A stretch of DNA of 64,000 nt from an uncultured Treponemataceae bacterium (GCA_964468155.1 CAYXUF010000002.1:37465-101464), one strand, 5' to 3'; positions 38,312-47,684 are shown, counted from the stretch's first letter. Numbers and translations are program-made. Notes: generated by a model from the letters alone, not told the origin.

Positions 38312-38800
38312 TTAAAGCCCAATGCCGGCAAGGAAAGGAATGGCCGACTGAGGCAGCTGCACATCGAGCAGCATCGTGAAGACGCGAAAAAGACCAAAGC
38401 TCCCGATAGCCGCGATCACCAACGTCGTGCCTATTTTTACTCGCCCAAGAACGATGAGGAGGAAAATCATGAAGGCAAACATGGGCAGCTGAAACCCGAG
38501 CGGTTCCATGAGGACGATCATGAAGCACAAGGCGCCCACTATGGACAGGAGCCTGAGCAGGCCGCCCCCTCGCGGGAAAAGCGTATCGTTTTCTTTCTTG
38601 TCCCCGGTTTTAGGAGCGCTTCTGAAAGTCTGGAAAAGCCAAATGGCCGAAAGCAGGGCAAGGATAAGGCTTAGCCAAAAAGGAAAAAATCCCGGACCCG
38701 GACCTATCGATGAGTAATACTCCATCGACCACGACGCGACCATCACCGTCACTGAAAAAGCGAGAAATGCTATGCCGGCGATAAGGCTGGATTTCCGCAT
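38312..38800 (-). CDS. tctB: Tripartite tricarboxylate transporter small permease (TctB)
   Basis: 162-aa, 4-TM protein directly upstream of tctA. GPGPGFFPFWL motif. Confidence 0.75.
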   Translation of the reverse strand: MRKSSLIAGIAFLAFSVTVMVASWSMEYYSSIGPGPGFFPFWLSLILALLSAIWLFQTFRSAPKTGDKKENDTLFPRGGGLLRLLSIVGALCFMIVLMEPLGFQLPMFAFMIFLLIVLGRVKIGTTLVIAAIGSFGLFRVFTMLLDVQLPQSAIPFLAGIGL

Positions 38801-38964
38801 TATTACCTCTCTTATCGATTAAAAACTATCTATTGTTTCCGTGTACTATATTTTGTTACATACAGTAAAACACTCATCTACTAATCTGTCAACTGTTTTT
38901 TATAAAACTCCAATCTCCGTAGGATGAGATGAATATGCGTGCTTCGATTAAAAGGGAATAGAAA

Positions 38965-39738
38965 CTATAGCCTGCCCAAGCGCTCCGAAATTGAAGCCGC
39001 CGCGCGGCACACTTCAAGAATGAGCGCCTCGATCTTCGCGTCGAAACGCTCGTTGGAACCAGCCACGGAAATCGCGGCCACCACTTCGCGAGAAGCGTCG
39101 AAAACGGGAGCCGCTACCGAAGACACCCCCATCTCGCGTTCATTGCGGGAAACCGCATAGCCCTGGGTACGAACCTTATTGAACTCTTCCATTAGCTGTG
39201 ACGGCGACACGGACTCGCCCCTCACATAGCGCACTTCACCCAAACCCGCTACCAGCGCCGATAGCTCGTCATCGGGCATGGCCGCGGCCAGAACCTTGCC
39301 GACGCCCATGTGGAGCGGCAGCCTGCGGCCTATGGGCAGCACGTACCGGAGCGGATGGATGCCTTCGACGCGCTGCACGACGACACGGAAATCGCCGATA
39401 CGGACAAAGAGGGAAGCGGTCTCCTGGGAGGCGGCCGCGAGTTCCTGGAGGACGGGCAGTGCAACCCTGGAAAGCTCGTTGCTCATCAAATAGGAATAGG
39501 CGAGGGGAAGGACGATAGGACCGAGCAAATAGCGATTATGGAGCCTTTCCGCGTAACCGTAGCGCTCGAGCACGGCCAAGAGCCTCTGCACCGTGGGTTT
39601 CTGCAGCTGGGCCTTGGCGCTTATCTCGGTGAGGGTGAGCGATCTTCCCGTCTCCTCCAGGATAGTGAGAAGACTGAGCGCCCTTTCGAGCGAGCGATTG
39701 CGGCTGCTTTCTCTTTCGTCGATATCCACCATTTTCAT
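38965..39738 (-). CDS. IclR-family transcriptional regulator
   Basis: N-terminal wHTH (SLERALSLLTILEETGRSLTLTEISAKAQLQKPTVQRLL) and a C-terminal IclR effector domain. Confidence 0.9.
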   Translation of the reverse strand: MKMVDIDERESSRNRSLERALSLLTILEETGRSLTLTEISAKAQLQKPTVQRLLAVLERYGYAERLHNRYLLGPIVLPLAYSYLMSNELSRVALPVLQELAAASQETASLFVRIGDFRVVVQRVEGIHPLRYVLPIGRRLPLHMGVGKVLAAAMPDDELSALVAGLGEVRYVRGESVSPSQLMEEFNKVRTQGYAVSRNEREMGVSSVAAPVFDASREVVAAISVAGSNERFDAKIEALILEVCRAAASISERLGRL

Positions 39739-39806
39739 GATGATATCCTAAGTCTCAGGATCGATGATAGTATCTAGCTGTTTCACGCTTTATTGAGGAG
39801 CCACCG

Positions 39807-41018
39807 ATGGGCAACGAAAAGGAATACCGCGTCTACGCGTCGCGATGGCTCGTCCTCGGCGCCTACATGCTCGCCAACATGACGATCCAGATCCTCTGGA
39901 TCAGCTACGCGCCCGTGACGACCCAGTCCAGCCTCTTCTACGGCGTTTCGGAGCTGCGGATAGGCTTCTTCTCGATGGCCTTCATGCTCGTCTTCATACC
40001 CATGTCCATCCCGATCTCCTGGCTCATCGACAAGTTCGGCTGCAAGCCGGTCGTCGCGGCCGGAGCCATAGTCACCGGAATCTGCGGCATCCTGCGCGGC
40101 GTCGCCGGCGCCAATTTCGGCTTCGCGATCGCCATGACCATCGGCATGGCCGCCGCCCAGCCCGTCTTCCTCAACTCATGGACCAAGGTTTCGGCCCTGT
40201 GGTTCCCCTCGAACGAGCGGGCCACGGCGGTCGGCCTCCTCACCCTCGCCAACCTCCTCGGCGCGGCGGTCGGCCAGGTCCTCACCACCATCCTCACCGA
40301 GACCATGTCGATCCCGGCGGTCCAGCTCTATTACGGCATCGCGGCCTCGGCCGCGGCGCTGCTCTTTCTCCTCATCGCGCGCGAAAAGCCGACGACCCCG
40401 CCCGACGCGTCCGCCGAATCGGAGCGGGCCCTCATGCTCGACGGGCTTAAGAGCGCCCTCGCGCTCAAGTCCTTCAGGCGATATCTCGTCATGGCGTTTA
40501 TCGGATTGGGAATTTTCAACGGCGTGACCACATGGATCGAAGGCATCGTGCGCCCGAGAGGCTTCGATTCGAAGCAGGCAGGCATCGCCATCGCCGTCAT
40601 GCTGATCGCGGGCATTCTCGGCGCCGTCGTCATGCCCGCACTCTCGGACAAAAAAGGAAGGCGCAAGCCCTACATCATCGCGGGCCTTCTGGGAGGCATC
40701 CCTGGCATCGTGGGACTCGCCCTCGCCCCAACCTTCCCCCTTCTCCTCGTCTCCAGCTTCGTCCTCGGTTTTTTCCTCGTCTCGGTGAATCCCATCGGCA
40801 CCCAGTATGCTTCCGAAACCGCCCTGCCCACGCCGGAAGGCACCTCGAACGGCCTTATCTCCCTCGCGGGGCAGATCTCTGTTGTCCTCGTTTACGCCAT
40901 GGAGCCGCTGCGCAAGGCGACGGGCTCCTACGTGTTCCCCCTGCTTGTTTTCGCCGCCCTGCTCGCGATGAGCGCGGCGCTCGCCACGACGCTCACGGAA
41001 AGTCGAAAGGATCGATAA
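39807..41018 (+). CDS. MFS transporter
   Basis: 403 aa, 12-TM pattern, DKKGRRKP loop. Confidence 0.85.
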   Translation: MGNEKEYRVYASRWLVLGAYMLANMTIQILWISYAPVTTQSSLFYGVSELRIGFFSMAFMLVFIPMSIPISWLIDKFGCKPVVAAGAIVTGICGILRGVAGANFGFAIAMTIGMAAAQPVFLNSWTKVSALWFPSNERATAVGLLTLANLLGAAVGQVLTTILTETMSIPAVQLYYGIAASAAALLFLLIAREKPTTPPDASAESERALMLDGLKSALALKSFRRYLVMAFIGLGIFNGVTTWIEGIVRPRGFDSKQAGIAIAVMLIAGILGAVVMPALSDKKGRRKPYIIAGLLGGIPGIVGLALAPTFPLLLVSSFVLGFFLVSVNPIGTQYASETALPTPEGTSNGLISLAGQISVVLVYAMEPLRKATGSYVFPLLVFAALLAMSAALATTLTESRKDR

Positions 41019-41083
41019 CCGGGTCTTTCGAGGCAACAGTTCTGCGGCAATTCCGAGGCGGCTTCCCGAGGCACGAAAAAGTC

Positions 41084-41229
41084 TTGCTTTTATGAAAATG
41101 CGATGGTAAACTATTCCATACTGCGGGGGAGCCGATGCCTCCGCATTCATGGGTCCAGCCCTTTCCGGCTGGAGGTATTCGGAATGGTCGGGCCGCCATT
41201 CAACTCCAATGTTGAATGGCGGCTTTTTT
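41084..41229 (+). ncRNA. Candidate about 110-nt structured RNA (promoter, three-stem core, strong intrinsic terminator); identity unknown
   Basis: TTGCTT (41084-41089), 17 nt, TAAACT (41107-41112). Stems TGCGGGGG/CCTCCGCA and CCAGCC/GGCTGG are enclosed by ATTCC..GGAAT. Terminator GCCGCCATTCAAC-TCCAAT-GTTGAATGGCGGC plus TTTTTT (41192-41229). It may instead be just the MFS gene terminator. Confidence 0.3.
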
Positions 41230-41395
41230 ATATAGTCGCCAGAAGGAGCGACCCGGCCGCTTGGCGAATTCATTCACCACAAGACATTCTCAACACATGG
41301 ACTTCATGATGCTTAACCGATCCTTTCGGCGTGTTCTGGATTTACCAGACACGATCGGTTCTTCAGTGCATTTCTATCAATAAAGGAGGAATCGT

Positions 41396-41548
41396 ATGGA
41401 AGAAAAGAAATCTGGCACCGCGGCTCCCAAACCCCAGCCCAAGGGACCCTCGAAACGCGAGTCAGTGATCACCGCCGTGGTAGCCGTCGTGTTTGTCGTT
41501 GGAGTCGTCATCATCGCTCTCGTGCAAAAGGCCAACGGGGCTTTCTAG
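41396..41548 (+). CDS. Small (50-aa) single-TM membrane protein; not on the ORF track
   Basis: AAAGGAGG RBS 6 nt before the ATG. Translates as MEEKKSGTAAPKPQPKGPSKRESVITAVVAVVFVVGVVIIALVQKANGAF: a basic N-terminus followed by one TM helix. Confidence 0.45.
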   Translation: MEEKKSGTAAPKPQPKGPSKRESVITAVVAVVFVVGVVIIALVQKANGAF

Positions 41549-43134
41549 CCCTTCAGGCACTGCTTGGCCGCAAGCCTCCCCGTCATTATGGCGGTGGGGC
41601 CTCCGGCGGGGCTGTACACCCACTTGCCGGCCGCGTAGACGTCGGGCAGAGATGTCTTCACCGAGTCAGCCATGCGGAACATGCTCGTCACCGCCGGTAT
41701 CTCCTGCTCGAAAGACCAGCCGACGATGGAACCCTCGGAACTCCCCGCCCGCTCGAGTATGGACAGGGGCGAGAAGGAGAAGCTGAACAGCATCCTGTCC
41801 TTGAGTCCGGGGTAGACGCTCGACGAGATAACCTCGATGAATTCCTCTTCCACCATGTGCTTGAACGCCTCGTACCAGCCGGCGGCCTTGATCCTCCGGG
41901 TCAGTTCAAAGCTGAAGAGGGCGCTGATGATGATGCCCGTCTTTCCGGCCGGAGCCGCGTCGGGGTCGCGCAGGGCGGGAATGGAAATCTCGAAGGTGTT
42001 GTACCTGCAGAACCTGCGCAGCCAGGCGCGGATCTCATCCTGCCGGACAGAATCCCAGCGCCCGAGAATATCCTTCAACTCCGCTATGTGGATCTGCCCC
42101 AGGCCCTTCCTGTCGGGCGTATAGAAAAGGTGCCCGCTCGCGATCTTCCCGAAAGCTTCGGGCGGAAGATCCACGCCCAGGAACACTGAGTACACCGACT
42201 CGGCTCCCTTGCTCCCGAGGATTTTTTCCTTGCGCTCGACGAACGTTGCGCGATCTCGCTTTTTTGTGCCGGCGAAATCGCTCATCGCATACAGGGCCTT
42301 CATGTCCCCCGCCCATATCATCGTATTGTAGTGATAGACCTCGCCCGATGTGTCGGTGAGCAGCTTGGCGTTTGGATCCACTTTTGTTATCTCGGTATCG
42401 AGGCGCACTTCGCCGCCGCGTTCCCGTATGGCGTCCACTAGCTTCTGGATAAACGCGCCCACCCCTCCCTTGGGATAGACATAGTCGTTGTACAGGGCGA
42501 AATAGCTCAGGGCGAAAAACACCGGAGTCTTTCGGAAAAAGTGCTGGCCGATTATGTCTTTCAGCGACTGGTTGGAGGCGAGCTCATCCAGGCGCTCCTC
42601 GAAGGGCGTGTCCATCCTGGAAATCCGGTACAGGGTCCTCATCAGTTTTACGAGCCATGCGGCGAGCGAAGGCACCAGGATAAGGATGTTCTTCTTTTTT
42701 TTGGCAAAGAGGGGGCTGTCGACACCATAAAGAGTTTTCATGTTCCCGATGATGGCGTGGATAGCCTCGATTATCCTGTCCACGTCCCCTTCGCTTCCCG
42801 GATAAAGCTTCTTGAGCATATCGGCGTAGGTGTTGAGGCCTTCCTCTCCCTCGATGCGGATGATCGAGTCCTCGATACCCAGGGTTATCGGATTGGGAAG
42901 AAGCTCGATGCCGAGGGCGAATTCCTTGATCATGGGCTTCACCAGGCCCGCGTTCACCAGCGCCCGCGCCCCGCCCTCGAAACGGAAACCCTCCCGCGTA
43001 AAGGAATTCATCAGCCCGCCGCAATGCTCGTTCTTCTCGATGAGAAGGACATCCTTGCCCTTCTGCGCGAGGCTCAGGGCGGCCGTGAGCCCCGCTATGC
43101 CGCCTCCGACCACGATGATATCTTTATGTGTCAC
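41545..43134 (-). CDS. CrtI/phytoene-desaturase-family FAD-dependent oxidoreductase
   Basis: N-terminal dinucleotide fold DIIVVGGGIAGLTAALSLAQKGKDVLLIEKNEHCGG; 529 aa. Confidence 0.85.
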   Translation of the reverse strand: MTHKDIIVVGGGIAGLTAALSLAQKGKDVLLIEKNEHCGGLMNSFTREGFRFEGGARALVNAGLVKPMIKEFALGIELLPNPITLGIEDSIIRIEGEEGLNTYADMLKKLYPGSEGDVDRIIEAIHAIIGNMKTLYGVDSPLFAKKKKNILILVPSLAAWLVKLMRTLYRISRMDTPFEERLDELASNQSLKDIIGQHFFRKTPVFFALSYFALYNDYVYPKGGVGAFIQKLVDAIRERGGEVRLDTEITKVDPNAKLLTDTSGEVYHYNTMIWAGDMKALYAMSDFAGTKKRDRATFVERKEKILGSKGAESVYSVFLGVDLPPEAFGKIASGHLFYTPDRKGLGQIHIAELKDILGRWDSVRQDEIRAWLRRFCRYNTFEISIPALRDPDAAPAGKTGIIISALFSFELTRRIKAAGWYEAFKHMVEEEFIEVISSSVYPGLKDRMLFSFSFSPLSILERAGSSEGSIVGWSFEQEIPAVTSMFRMADSVKTSLPDVYAAGKWVYSPAGGPTAIMTGRLAAKQCLKG

Positions 43135-44036
43135 AGCCTTACCCCTTTACGGTCGAGCAGCGCTATCGTCCTTGCCCACAAAGCCCGGGCGGCTTCCATG
43201 TCGCGCGCGGGAGGGGCCAGTTCCTCTTCCTTCGTCAGATGGAAAAACCTGTCGCTCGTCCGCGACAGCGCCGTTGAAGCCCCGAGGTAATAGAGAGCCT
43301 CGGCGGATAGTTCGGGAGTCGCGGAGCGCGCGTCGATGATGTTTTTTTTGTACCATTGGTACACTTTGCCGTTGTCCTTTCCCGTCCCGGTACGCACCAT
43401 GCCCGGATGCATGGCGTTGATGGTAACGTTATACGATTCCAGTTCCCCGGCGAAGATATGCATCGAAAGAAGTTGGGCGAGCTTGCCGGCCCCGTAGGCC
43501 TTGAGCCCCGAGTACCTGTTCCTCTCCCATTGGAGGTCGTCCAGATCGAGCCCCCACACCGCGAATCGGTATCCCTCGGAGCCGACGAAGATAATCCTCC
43601 CCCTCCTGTCACGGTCAAACTTGGGCATCAACATCTTCGTGATGACGAAGGGAGCGAGGTAGTGGAGGGCGAAATTGGCCTCAAGGCCGTCGGCTGTCTC
43701 GTGGCGGGTTTCGAGGTGGATTCCCGCGTTGTGGATCAGCGCGTCGATCGGCTCTTCCAGCTCGGCAAGGTAGCGCCCCGCGCGCTGCATCTCCTCGAGC
43801 GAGGACAGGTCGGCGACAAAGTATTCCGCCTGAACCTTGAAGGCCTCGGCGATTTCCGCGCAGACGCGCTCGGATTTTTCTTTATTCCTGTTGATCAGGA
43901 GGAGCCGCGCGCCCATGGAAGCGTACTTTCGCGCCGCGTACAGGCCTATGCCCGAGGTAGCCCCCGTGATCGCCACCAGCCTGCCGCCAAAGGGGTCCGC
44001 GCAGCGCTCGGGCTCTTCCTTCATGTTTTTGAGCAT
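43131..44036 (-). CDS. SDR-family oxidoreductase
   Basis: TGATSGIG cofactor motif, NAG, and YxxxK (YGAGKLA). Start chosen at MLKNMKEEP (44036). The longer ORF (to 44315) would overrun the divergent gene start. The stop overlaps the CrtI-like start by 4 nt. Confidence 0.75.
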   Translation of the reverse strand: MLKNMKEEPERCADPFGGRLVAITGATSGIGLYAARKYASMGARLLLINRNKEKSERVCAEIAEAFKVQAEYFVADLSSLEEMQRAGRYLAELEEPIDALIHNAGIHLETRHETADGLEANFALHYLAPFVITKMLMPKFDRDRRGRIIFVGSEGYRFAVWGLDLDDLQWERNRYSGLKAYGAGKLAQLLSMHIFAGELESYNVTINAMHPGMVRTGTGKDNGKVYQWYKKNIIDARSATPELSAEALYYLGASTALSRTSDRFFHLTKEEELAPPARDMEAARALWARTIALLDRKGVRL

Positions 44037-44211
44037 CGCGCTGATGTTCGACCATTTGTACTGAGGCCAATATCGCCTGATCGCCGGGTTGATGATGCGC
44101 CACTCCTTATATCGAGTTTTGGCATTATAGCAGTGCTTTCCCGGCCGGGCAATCTGGCATCCGCCGCAGGCTCCGCGCGATGATCGCGGCTCTTGTGCGA
44201 GGTCGGGGAAT

Positions 44212-44829
44212 ATGCTCCTAATGTCGATCATGAAGACCAAATATGTCCTTATCGGCTTCCTGGTTCTCATGGGCGGGTTGATCGCCTTCGCGATCTTCTT
44301 TCCGCTGCAGTTCATCGCCCTCCTGAACCGGCCAGCCCTGCACAGCCACGCGCTGTTCGTTCATATCGCTGCCGCCACCCTCTTTTTCGCCAACGCGGTG
44401 GTGGGAATGATATGGGAAAGGCGCAGCCTGGCCGCTGGCGGCAAGGAAGCGATTCTCCATACCTACAACACCGTAGCCTGGATAGATGCCCGCTTTTCCT
44501 CTCCCCTCATCATCCTCTCGCTGCTCTCGGGCCTCATGCTCGCCTTCATCATGGGAGACCTGTGGCGCATCGGCTGGCTGTCCGCGGGATTTATCCTGTT
44601 TATGCTTTCGGGACTTATCTGGATCGTCAGCGACATCCCCACCCAGTACAAGGTCAAGCGCCTCATGGCTGGCCTCGACGCTGCCGACCGGGATCTCCCC
44701 GATGAGCTTATTCGTCTTTTAAAATTACGCTGGTGGATCAGCCTGGGTGGCGTGGCTCCCCTGGTGGCGGTTTTCGCCCTGATGGTCTACAAGCCCGCGA
44801 TGCCGGCCATGGCTGCCCTGTTCCGCTGA
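44212..44829 (+). CDS. Integral membrane protein (DUF2269-like, 4-5 TM)
   Basis: Hydrophobic 205-aa ORF. The start is uncertain (44212, 44221 or 44230). Confidence 0.5.
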   Translation: MLLMSIMKTKYVLIGFLVLMGGLIAFAIFFPLQFIALLNRPALHSHALFVHIAAATLFFANAVVGMIWERRSLAAGGKEAILHTYNTVAWIDARFSSPLIILSLLSGLMLAFIMGDLWRIGWLSAGFILFMLSGLIWIVSDIPTQYKVKRLMAGLDAADRDLPDELIRLLKLRWWISLGGVAPLVAVFALMVYKPAMPAMAALFR

Positions 44830-44846
44830 GAGGTTTCAAAGGAAAA

Positions 44847-44880
44847 GGGGCTGTCTGCTTACGTTAAGCAGGCAGCCCCT
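44847..44880. terminator. Bidirectional terminator hairpin between convergent genes
   Basis: GGGGCTGTCTGCTTA-CG-TTAAGCAGGCAGCCCC, flanked by A-run and T-rich sequence. Confidence 0.65.
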
Positions 44881-44926
44881 TGTTGCAAGGATCACATATT
44901 TTACATAGTCGACATGACGGCGCGCC

Positions 44927-46984
44927 TTACTTCGCTGCGTTCAGGCCGGCGATGCGGCCAAAGGTGAAGATATCGGCGATCGCGTTGCCGCCCAGGCGGT
45001 TGCCCGCGTGGATGCCGCCCGTCACTTCGCCCGCGGCCCAGAGGCCCGGGATAGGATTGCCCTTCGTGTCGATCACGCGAGCCTCGGTGTCGATGAGGAC
45101 GCCGCCCATGGTGTGGTGGAGGGAGGATTTTCGGGGGCTGATGGCCAGGCCCAGCTCGGGATCGGCCTCGACGGCGGCCAGATCGATGGCGCCGGCGATG
45201 ACGCCCTTGCCGAATTCCGTGTCCTTCTGCTCGGCCACAAACTTGTTGTATTTTTCGATCGTCGCGCGCAGGGAGGCTTCGGTGAAGGCGGGGGCGCTGC
45301 CTGCAGCGGGCTTGGCCGAAGCGGCCGCAAGCTCGGCCAGGGTATTGCCCCACCAGATATGTCCGCCCTCGACCATGGCGGCGACGCTCTTGTAGGTAAC
45401 GCCCTTGAGCATCACTTCGGGCTTGTTGACCGCCCCCCGTCCGGCGTAGATGATATAGAAAACCCCGTTATCGAGCTTGAGCGATGCCTTCGCGAGCACG
45501 TCGCGCTCGGCGTATTCATCCACGAAGCGATTGCCCTTTCCGTCGATCCAAATCTGCTCGGCGGCATCGCCCCAGATTCCGTCCGTCATCGTGCCCTTGG
45601 TGGGCGAGGAAGAAGGCATCATCTGGGCCACTTCCATGCCAAAGAGCTGGCTGCCAAGCTTCTCGGCCATCACGATACCGTCGCCGGTATTCGTGCCCAT
45701 GTTGGTGGAAAGAGTTTTATCGGAGAGATCCTTGCCCCAATACTTGTCGTACTTTTTCACCATGGCGGGATTCGCGCAGTAGCCGCCCGAAGCGAGGACC
45801 ACGCCTTTTGCCGCGTTGATGGTGATCTGGGTACCATCGGCCTGGACGGCCTTGGCGCCGACGACTTTCCCCTTGGCTCCGGTGAGGAGTTCCGTGCCGC
45901 GAGTCTCGGTGTAAATCTTCACGCCGAACTCATTCGCCTTCTTCTCCAGCTGCGGGATACGATCGGCGCCGGACATGAAGCTGTGCGTGCGGGGCCACAT
46001 GGCGCCAAGGACGGTGGAAAGGCCCGTCTGTCCGCCGTAGTTGGACCTTGCGCCATACTGCGCCTTGAGTCCGAGGCTATCCATCCACTTCAGGCTGTCG
46101 AGGGCGCTTTCCGCCAGTTTGCGTGCGAGCTCGATCCTGGGAGCGATCCAGCTGCCGTCGTCCATCTTCCTCAGGCCGCCTGAGTAAATGTGCCACATAT
46201 GGAGGGCGATGGAATCGAAGCCCGGCATGTCGACGCCGAGGGTCTTGTCCTTGTTCGCGGCATAGAAAGCCTTGATATCGGCCTTCAGCTGTTCAAGAAC
46301 AGGTTTCCACTCGGGATACCTGTCGAACATCAGGCTCGGGTCGGCCGGATCGAGTGCCAAATACGCGTCCATCGACGACTTCTGAGCCTTGGTCAGCTTC
46401 ATCGTCGACTGGGCTTCGGGATCGACCGCGTTGTACGCGGCTCCCGCCATCATGGTGTTTCCGCCAATGACCGAACCCTTCTCGATGAGGATAACTTTCG
46501 CGCCCGTCTGGGCCGCGCTGAGAGCCGCGCTGAGGCCCGCTCCGCCCGCTCCGATGACGAGAACGTCGGTGTTCCAGGTCTGGGGAGCTTTCGGGGTACG
46601 CTTGACTTCCTTGGCCTTCAGCGCCGCGACATCGAATCCGGCTTTCTTGGCCGCGTCGGCCACCGCGTTCTTTATGCCGTTGCTGGCGAGAGTAGCTCCG
46701 GTGACGGAGTCCACCTTGAGGCTCTGTGTTTCGACGATGCGGGCGGGAATCCGCTCCATCGCGACCTTGGCCACGATGGGGGTTTCCTTGGAAGCAAGAA
46801 TGTTTACCGAGGCGATCCTTGCGGCGACAACTTCTATCTGAACCTTGATCGGTCCCTGCATACCTCTGGCGCTGCCCTCATAACTGCCATCCACCGGAGC
46901 GGCAACCTTGGTGGCGTCCGATGCGCAGCCAAAGATGGCGAGTACCATCAGCAGAATCACAACTCCGGGAATCAACCTTTTCAT
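44927..46984 (-). CDS. Extracytosolic flavocytochrome-c-type FAD reductase (fumarate/urocanate-reductase-like) lipoprotein with an N-terminal FMN-binding domain
   Basis: Start at 46984 (MKRLIPGVVILLMVLAIFGC lipobox). FMN_bind flavinylation motif DSVTGATLAS, FAD fold VLVIGAGGAGLSAAL, and a C-terminal GNRLGGNA block. Confidence 0.85.
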   Translation of the reverse strand: MKRLIPGVVILLMVLAIFGCASDATKVAAPVDGSYEGSARGMQGPIKVQIEVVAARIASVNILASKETPIVAKVAMERIPARIVETQSLKVDSVTGATLASNGIKNAVADAAKKAGFDVAALKAKEVKRTPKAPQTWNTDVLVIGAGGAGLSAALSAAQTGAKVILIEKGSVIGGNTMMAGAAYNAVDPEAQSTMKLTKAQKSSMDAYLALDPADPSLMFDRYPEWKPVLEQLKADIKAFYAANKDKTLGVDMPGFDSIALHMWHIYSGGLRKMDDGSWIAPRIELARKLAESALDSLKWMDSLGLKAQYGARSNYGGQTGLSTVLGAMWPRTHSFMSGADRIPQLEKKANEFGVKIYTETRGTELLTGAKGKVVGAKAVQADGTQITINAAKGVVLASGGYCANPAMVKKYDKYWGKDLSDKTLSTNMGTNTGDGIVMAEKLGSQLFGMEVAQMMPSSSPTKGTMTDGIWGDAAEQIWIDGKGNRFVDEYAERDVLAKASLKLDNGVFYIIYAGRGAVNKPEVMLKGVTYKSVAAMVEGGHIWWGNTLAELAAASAKPAAGSAPAFTEASLRATIEKYNKFVAEQKDTEFGKGVIAGAIDLAAVEADPELGLAISPRKSSLHHTMGGVLIDTEARVIDTKGNPIPGLWAAGEVTGGIHAGNRLGGNAIADIFTFGRIAGLNAAK

Positions 46985-47228
46985 CACACATCCTCCTGAG
47001 CGAATAGAATTTTTATCAGGATATCCGACAGGCCAACCGAGAGTCAATTTTAAAACCGAATAATTCGTTATTTTTTTATAAATACTAATATATATATATT
47101 ACCACGTATGTTTTTCGCAGCAGTCTGTCATATAAAAGGAGTTCTTTCCCGTTGACAAATAATCATTTTTATATCTATATGAAGTGATCCATTTACCACA
47201 ACCCCGGTTTTCTGCAAAGGAGCACCAC

Positions 47229-47639
47229 GTGAAGCGCAAAATCACAATCCTTCGGGCAACAGCAGCTATGCTGTCATTTTTCCTGCTCTTTACCCTCGGT
47301 TCCTGCGTATCCAACAACAACCTCGCCAAAGGCCAGTTCACGCCCGGCAGATACTCGGCAACAGCAGAGGGGTTCCACGGCCCCGTAACGGTGAACATCA
47401 CGGTCGACGCCAAAAAAATCATCGAAGTAAAGGCCGAAGGCAACTCGGAAACCCCGGGTATTGGGACAATGGCACTGGAAGAGCTTCCTCCTCTCATGCT
47501 CAAAGCCCAGACATCCGAGGTCGATGGCATCTCGGGGGCTACCTACACCAGCAACGCAGTCAAGCTGGCCGCCGGCCAGGCCCTCGCACAGGCCACGGGC
47601 AAGGGCGCCGATCTGCTGACCAAGAAAAACGGCCTATAG
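47229..47639 (+). CDS. FMN-binding-domain lipoprotein
   Basis: GTG start after AAGGAG. Lipobox FTLGSC. Flavinylation-type motif DGISGATYTS. Confidence 0.7.
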   Translation: MKRKITILRATAAMLSFFLLFTLGSCVSNNNLAKGQFTPGRYSATAEGFHGPVTVNITVDAKKIIEVKAEGNSETPGIGTMALEELPPLMLKAQTSEVDGISGATYTSNAVKLAAGQALAQATGKGADLLTKKNGL

Positions 47640-47684
47640 GCGCCAACGACGAAGAGATTCCCCCCTCGTCGGCCAAGCCGTAAA

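Noticed and set aside
41119-41229. Assignment of the 41.1-kb structured RNA to SRP RNA, or to a purine, fluoride or guanidine riboswitch.
   Set aside because: I compared it by eye with the conserved cores I remember (the SRP GGAA/AGCA region, the purine three-way junction, and the crcB and ykkC motifs) and found no convincing match. I left it as an unclassified candidate.
40176-41273. 365-aa minus-strand ORF, plus small ORFs 40993..41199 and 41103..41309 in the 41-kb gap.
   Set aside because: The long ORF is antisense to the MFS transporter and has Arg/Gly/Glu-rich composition. The small ORFs lack an RBS and overlap the promoter, hairpin and terminator structures, which explain the region better.
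26650-44880. Possible REP-like repeat family, suggested because two terminator hairpins share the arm GGGCTGTCTGC (26655 and 44848).
   Set aside because: I found only two occurrences, and the similarity is limited to about 11 nt of a GC-rich stem. That is insufficient to call a repeat family.
45008-46999. Plus-strand ORFs of 391 aa and 269 aa opposite the flavocytochrome gene.
   Set aside because: They are antisense to a gene with FAD, FMN_bind and lipobox motifs. They have no motifs of their own and look like high-GC frame artefacts.
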